Assembly (NCBI GenBank): GCA_031970635.1
Contig: DALYHZ010000003.1
Coordinates: 927 to 35,462, forward strand
DNA length: 34,536 nt
Direction of reading: 5' to 3'
DNA from: Methylococcaceae bacterium
GTDB lineage: Bacteria > Pseudomonadota > Gammaproteobacteria > Methylococcales > Methylomonadaceae
Shown here: in pieces, positions 31,057 to 34,536 of the stretch
How positions within the stretch are numbered: position 1 is the stretch's first letter
Layout of the letters: every line of letters begins with the position of its first letter
Translations under genes and position numbers: made by a program
Notes under the pieces: generated by a model
What the model saw: only the letters and a program-made list of their open reading frames with translations
Told to the model about the DNA's origin: nothing
Databases searched by the model: none

Positions 31057-32343
31057 ATGAACCGTTTTAATTCTTTAACAGAGTGGCTAACGTGGCAGGA
31101 GAGTTTGCATCCGTTGCCGATTGATTTGGGATTAGAACGAGTGAAACGCGTTTTTGAAACGTTATTGCCAAATTATAAAAATCAAAAACCACCAACGATT
31201 ACAGTTGCTGGCACAAATGGTAAAGGTTCAACGGTTGCGTATTTGCAAGAGTTTTATGTCGCATCAGGTCACAAAGTAGGCGCATACACATCGCCACATA
31301 TTTTGCGCTACAACGAGCGAATTAAAATCGATGGCAAACCGGTTTCTGATGACATTGTTTGCAATGCGTTTGCTCAAATTGATGCCGCACGCGGTGACAC
31401 ATCGCTGAGTTATTTTGAATTTAGCACACTGGCGGCATTACTGATTTTTTCACAAGCTAACGTAGCGGTGCAGATTTTAGAAGTCGGTTTAGGCGGACGC
31501 TTGGATGCGGTAAATATTGTCGATGCCGATATTGCAATCGTGACCAGTATTGCTATCGACCACGTTGAATATCTTGGCAAAACGCGCGAAGAAATTGGTT
31601 TAGAAAAAGCGGGCGTTTTTCGTGAAAATAAACCTGCAATCGTGAGCGATTTAAGACCGCCAGAGTCTTTACTTGATTATGCTTACGAAAATAATGTGCT
31701 GTTGCTTCGATTAGGCGAAACCTTTTTTTACGAAAAACAAGGCGAAACATGGACGTGGCAAGGATTGGCGCAAACGATGTCTGATTTACCTAATCCTGCC
31801 CTGAAAGGTAATCATCAATTTCGCAATGCGTCAGCGGCGATTTTTGCCACGCAATGTTTGGCTGAAAAATTACCTGTAAGTGAATCATCAATAAAAATGG
31901 GGTTGAAAAATGTTCGGTTAGCAGGGCGTTTTCAATTGATTGATGGCGATATTCCTATTCTCTTAGATGTCGGACATAATCCGCAAGCCGTGCAAACGTT
32001 AGTGGATTATTTGGAAGAAAATTTTCCAAATCGCCGCGTTCATGCCATTTTTTCAATGATGAAAGATAAAGACATCACTAGCGTTTTGGATTTAATGAAA
32101 CCTGTTGTTTCAAATTGGTTTTTTGCGCCATTGCCTAAAAATCCACGGGCGGTTTCCGAATCTGCCATGCAAGTGTTATTTAAAGCAAGTCAAATTGAGT
32201 CAGTACAATTTGGTTTTTCAGCGTTTTCAGAAGCCTTCAAAGCGGCTCAAGATCAAGCTCAATCTGGCGATTTGATTTTAGTTTTTGGATCGTTTTTTTT
32301 AGTTTCAGATTGCTGTGTGAATTTAAGAATAGGTGAAAATTAA
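31057..32343 (+). CDS. folC: Bifunctional folylpolyglutamate synthase / dihydrofolate synthase
   Basis: The P-loop VAGTNGKGST, YTSPHILRYNERI, LEVGLGGRLDAVN and accD-folC-dedD synteny support the call. Confidence 0.92.
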   Translation: MNRFNSLTEWLTWQESLHPLPIDLGLERVKRVFETLLPNYKNQKPPTITVAGTNGKGSTVAYLQEFYVASGHKVGAYTSPHILRYNERIKIDGKPVSDDIVCNAFAQIDAARGDTSLSYFEFSTLAALLIFSQANVAVQILEVGLGGRLDAVNIVDADIAIVTSIAIDHVEYLGKTREEIGLEKAGVFRENKPAIVSDLRPPESLLDYAYENNVLLLRLGETFFYEKQGETWTWQGLAQTMSDLPNPALKGNHQFRNASAAIFATQCLAEKLPVSESSIKMGLKNVRLAGRFQLIDGDIPILLDVGHNPQAVQTLVDYLEENFPNRRVHAIFSMMKDKDITSVLDLMKPVVSNWFFAPLPKNPRAVSESAMQVLFKASQIESVQFGFSAFSEAFKAAQDQAQSGDLILVFGSFFLVSDCCVNLRIGEN

Positions 32344-32344
32344 A

Positions 32345-33157
32345 ATGGATCATGAATTAAAACAACGTTTAATTGGGGCATTGGTCGTGACAATTTTATC
32401 GGCAATTTTTATTCCGATGTTGTTTGATGACCCCATCGAAGAAGAGGGGCAAGCGGTAACCACACTTGCATTGCCTTCGGAAAATCAATTTGTTGAAGAA
32501 CCCGCAGTAAAAGCCCCTGCAAGTTCAGAGCAAGTTTTAGCCATTCCACAACCGCAAGCAGAAGTTGCCGCACTTGCACCCGCAACGCCAGCCACACCTG
32601 TTGCTTCAAATGCGTTGCGTCCTGATGAGATGGACGAGACACCGCCTGCACCAAAATTACAACCAAAACCTGCGCCAAAACCAAAAGTTGAAAAACCTGT
32701 TTATTCTGAAACGACTAATTATGGTGTGAATCCACCTGAAGAAGTGGACGATGAACCGCCAATGAAACCGAAGGCAGAAGTAAAAAAAGCAAGTGATAAG
32801 TCGTCCGAAGACGCACTGTTAAAGCAAGTTCGTGCAGCAAAATTACTCGATGACAGCTCCGCGCCTTCCACTGAGGTAAATGCAGCAGAAATTAAAAAAG
32901 TGCTGACACCTGAACAACCTAAGAAAACAGGGCGTTGGTTTATTCAATTAGCCAGTTTGACGAATAAAGCCAAAGCTGAAACCTTGCAAGAAGGTTTAAA
33001 AGCACAAGGGTTACCTGCAACATTGACGACTATTCAAAATGAAAAAGGAACATTTTATCGTTTGCGCGTGGGACCTGAATTAGATGGCAAACACGCGGCG
33101 GCGATGAAAAAGAAAATGGATGAACAAGGTATTACTTCTATTTTAGTTTCTGAATAA
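32345..33157 (+). CDS. dedD: SPOR-domain cell-division protein (DedD-like)
   Basis: There is an N-terminal TM (LIGALVVTILSAIFIPMLF) and a Pro/Ala/Lys-rich linker. The C-terminal SPOR domain is GRWFIQLASLTNKAKAETLQEGLKAQGLPA...FYRLRVGP. Its position between folC and cvpA fits DedD. Confidence 0.8.
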   Translation: MDHELKQRLIGALVVTILSAIFIPMLFDDPIEEEGQAVTTLALPSENQFVEEPAVKAPASSEQVLAIPQPQAEVAALAPATPATPVASNALRPDEMDETPPAPKLQPKPAPKPKVEKPVYSETTNYGVNPPEEVDDEPPMKPKAEVKKASDKSSEDALLKQVRAAKLLDDSSAPSTEVNAAEIKKVLTPEQPKKTGRWFIQLASLTNKAKAETLQEGLKAQGLPATLTTIQNEKGTFYRLRVGPELDGKHAAAMKKKMDEQGITSILVSE

Positions 33158-33161
33158 AACC

Positions 33162-33683
33162 GTGTTTTTTGCTGCCATTGACGCATTCATTTGGGTTGAT
33201 TTTAGTATCGTCAGTTTTATAGGGTTTACGTTGCTTGTTGGCGTAATACGTGGATTTAGTTGTGAGGTTGTTTCGTTATTGTGCTGGGTTATGGGATGTT
33301 GGACGAGTTTGCATTTTTCAATCGAAATTTCGCCAATTTTAGAGCCGTTCATTTTCTTGCCCAGCAAACGATTAGCCGTCACATTCATTAGTTTATTAGT
33401 CATAACCATTTTGGTGGGTAGTTTGTTGCAACATTGGCTTACTACCCGTTTTAAACAAACTTACAATCACACCGCCTTCATGGAACGTTTAGGCGGTTTA
33501 TTTTGTGGACTCATGCAAGGCATAGTCGCAACAACAATTGTTGTGTTACTTGCGGGATTAACTGCTCTGCCGACTAACACATGGTGGCATGAATCCAGTT
33601 TATTACCTTCTTTTCAAATTCTTGCCATCTGGTTGCGTGACCATGTTGCGCCACAAATGGCAAACTATATAACTTATCGTTAA
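33162..33683 (+). CDS. cvpA: Colicin V production membrane protein CvpA
   Basis: GTG start. [23 protein letters not shown] parallels the E. coli CvpA N-terminus. There are four TM segments. It lies directly upstream of purF, as in E. coli. Confidence 0.85.
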   Translation: MFFAAIDAFIWVDFSIVSFIGFTLLVGVIRGFSCEVVSLLCWVMGCWTSLHFSIEISPILEPFIFLPSKRLAVTFISLLVITILVGSLLQHWLTTRFKQTYNHTAFMERLGGLFCGLMQGIVATTIVVLLAGLTALPTNTWWHESSLLPSFQILAIWLRDHVAPQMANYITYR

Positions 33684-33715
33684 AATTTCTTTTTCAAAAT
33701 TCAGGTGAAAAAATA

Positions 33716-34057
33716 ATGTGTGGTATTGTTGCTATCGTTTCCCATCAAGCCGTTAACCAAGATTTATATGACGCGCTTACCGTGTTACAGCATCGAGGAC
33801 AAGACGCGGCGGGAATTGTGACTTGTGAAAATGGTCGTCTGCACTTGCGCAAAGATAATGGACTGGCGCGAGATGTTTTCAATAATGACCAAATGATGCG
33901 TTTGCGTGGAAATATGGGCATTGCACATGTGCGTTATCCCACTGCCGGTTGCACCAGTTCAGCCGAAGCGCAACCGTTTTATGTCAATTCGCCATTTGGT
34001 TTAACGCTGGCGCACAATGGCAATTTAACCAATACCGAAGAACTCAAAAAAGCGTTA
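33716..34057 (+). CDS. purF: Amidophosphoribosyltransferase, N-terminal ~113 codons only (homology ends abruptly)
   Basis: MCGIVAIVS...[18 protein letters not shown]...[42 protein letters not shown] is collinear with E. coli PurF up to about residue 110. This ORF is not in the supplied ORF track because it runs off the window without a stop. Confidence 0.9.
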
Positions 34058-34536
34058 GCTCCCTTTACCGAACAAACAGGAATTAAAGTTGTGTATGAGG
34101 GAACGAATGAGTTCGCTACCCTCCTCCCCGTGCGCGTTGACTCCGGGAATGCCCCCGATATTGCCATGTTCCCTCAACCAGGTTTAATGGCTGACTTTGC
34201 TAGGGACGGTAAGTTAGTACCCATTGATACCTTTATGGACAAGACTCAGCTGTCCAATGCTTATGCTCAGGACTGGCTTGACCTAGCTACCGTTGATAGC
34301 AAGATGTACGGCATTTGGTACAGGGCTTTTGTCAAGAGCCTGGTTTGGTATAGTCCGGAAGCGTTTGCAGCTAAGGGTTATAAAATCCCGACCACTTGGG
34401 ATGAAATGATAGCTCTCTCCAACCAGATAGTAGCTGACGGTGGCGTCCCTTGGTGCCTAGGTATGGAAAACGGCAACGCTACAGGCTGGGTGGGTACAGA
34501 CTGGGTGGAAGATATCATGCTCCGTACTGCTGGGCC
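34058..34536 (+). CDS. Internal fragment of a family-1 extracellular solute-binding protein (carbohydrate ABC importer type), fused in frame to purF
   Basis: The translation is [59 protein letters not shown]...[73 protein letters not shown]. This is typical of sugar-binding SBPs. GC content and codon choice (CCC, CTC, AGG, GAC) differ from the rest of the window. Confidence 0.6.

Noticed and set aside
31511-31532. TAAATATT ... GCCGATAT inside folC
   Set aside because: The spacer is 6 nt rather than 11, and the element is intragenic.

Overview
Chromosomal segment of an AT-rich (roughly 40% GC by eye) gammaproteobacterium. It is mostly intact housekeeping genes in familiar arrangements. On the + strand: gyrB, lgt-thyA-mltB, di-haem cytochrome c peroxidase, a 2-Cys peroxiredoxin and mutY. 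On the - strand: thiL-pgpA-proA ... nadD-rsfS. Then ubiD, followed by a tightly packed trpF-trpB-trpA-accD-folC-dedD-cvpA-purF string. I saw no rRNA, tRNA, CRISPR array, transposase or integrase. Six things are not ordinary. (1) Two strong sigma-28 (FliA)-type promoters share the -10 octamer GCCGATAC and an exact 11-nt spacer. One drives an orphan Ser/Thr/Asn/Gln-rich 210-aa protein with no Cys, Trp or His. The other drives a 1009-aa protein made of about 65 strictly phased 8-residue LTxxQIAA repeats, RTX-type Gly/Asp repeats and a type I secretion-type C-terminus. The two genes converge on ubiD and lie next to a DUF342/FapA gene. This sigma-28-wired module is my best candidate for an undescribed system. 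(2) A ~3.4-kb AT-rich four-gene insert lies between proA and nadD. It holds a 2-TM protein, a 694-aa TPR lipoprotein and an MNT/HEPN toxin-antitoxin pair, and is translationally coupled into nadD. (3) gyrB is broken by a frame change exactly at the ATPase/Toprim domain boundary. (4) purF is fused in frame, after ~113 codons, to a GC-richer fragment of a carbohydrate ABC-transporter binding protein. This looks like a chimeric junction at the window end. (5) An atypical 1019-aa class-A-PBP-like protein is divergent from a LysR regulator, with CCATTA/TAATGG dyads between them. (6) There are minor oddities: a mutY/rsfS convergent overlap and a ThyA loop insertion. All family calls rest on motif recognition from the translated ORFs, with no database search.
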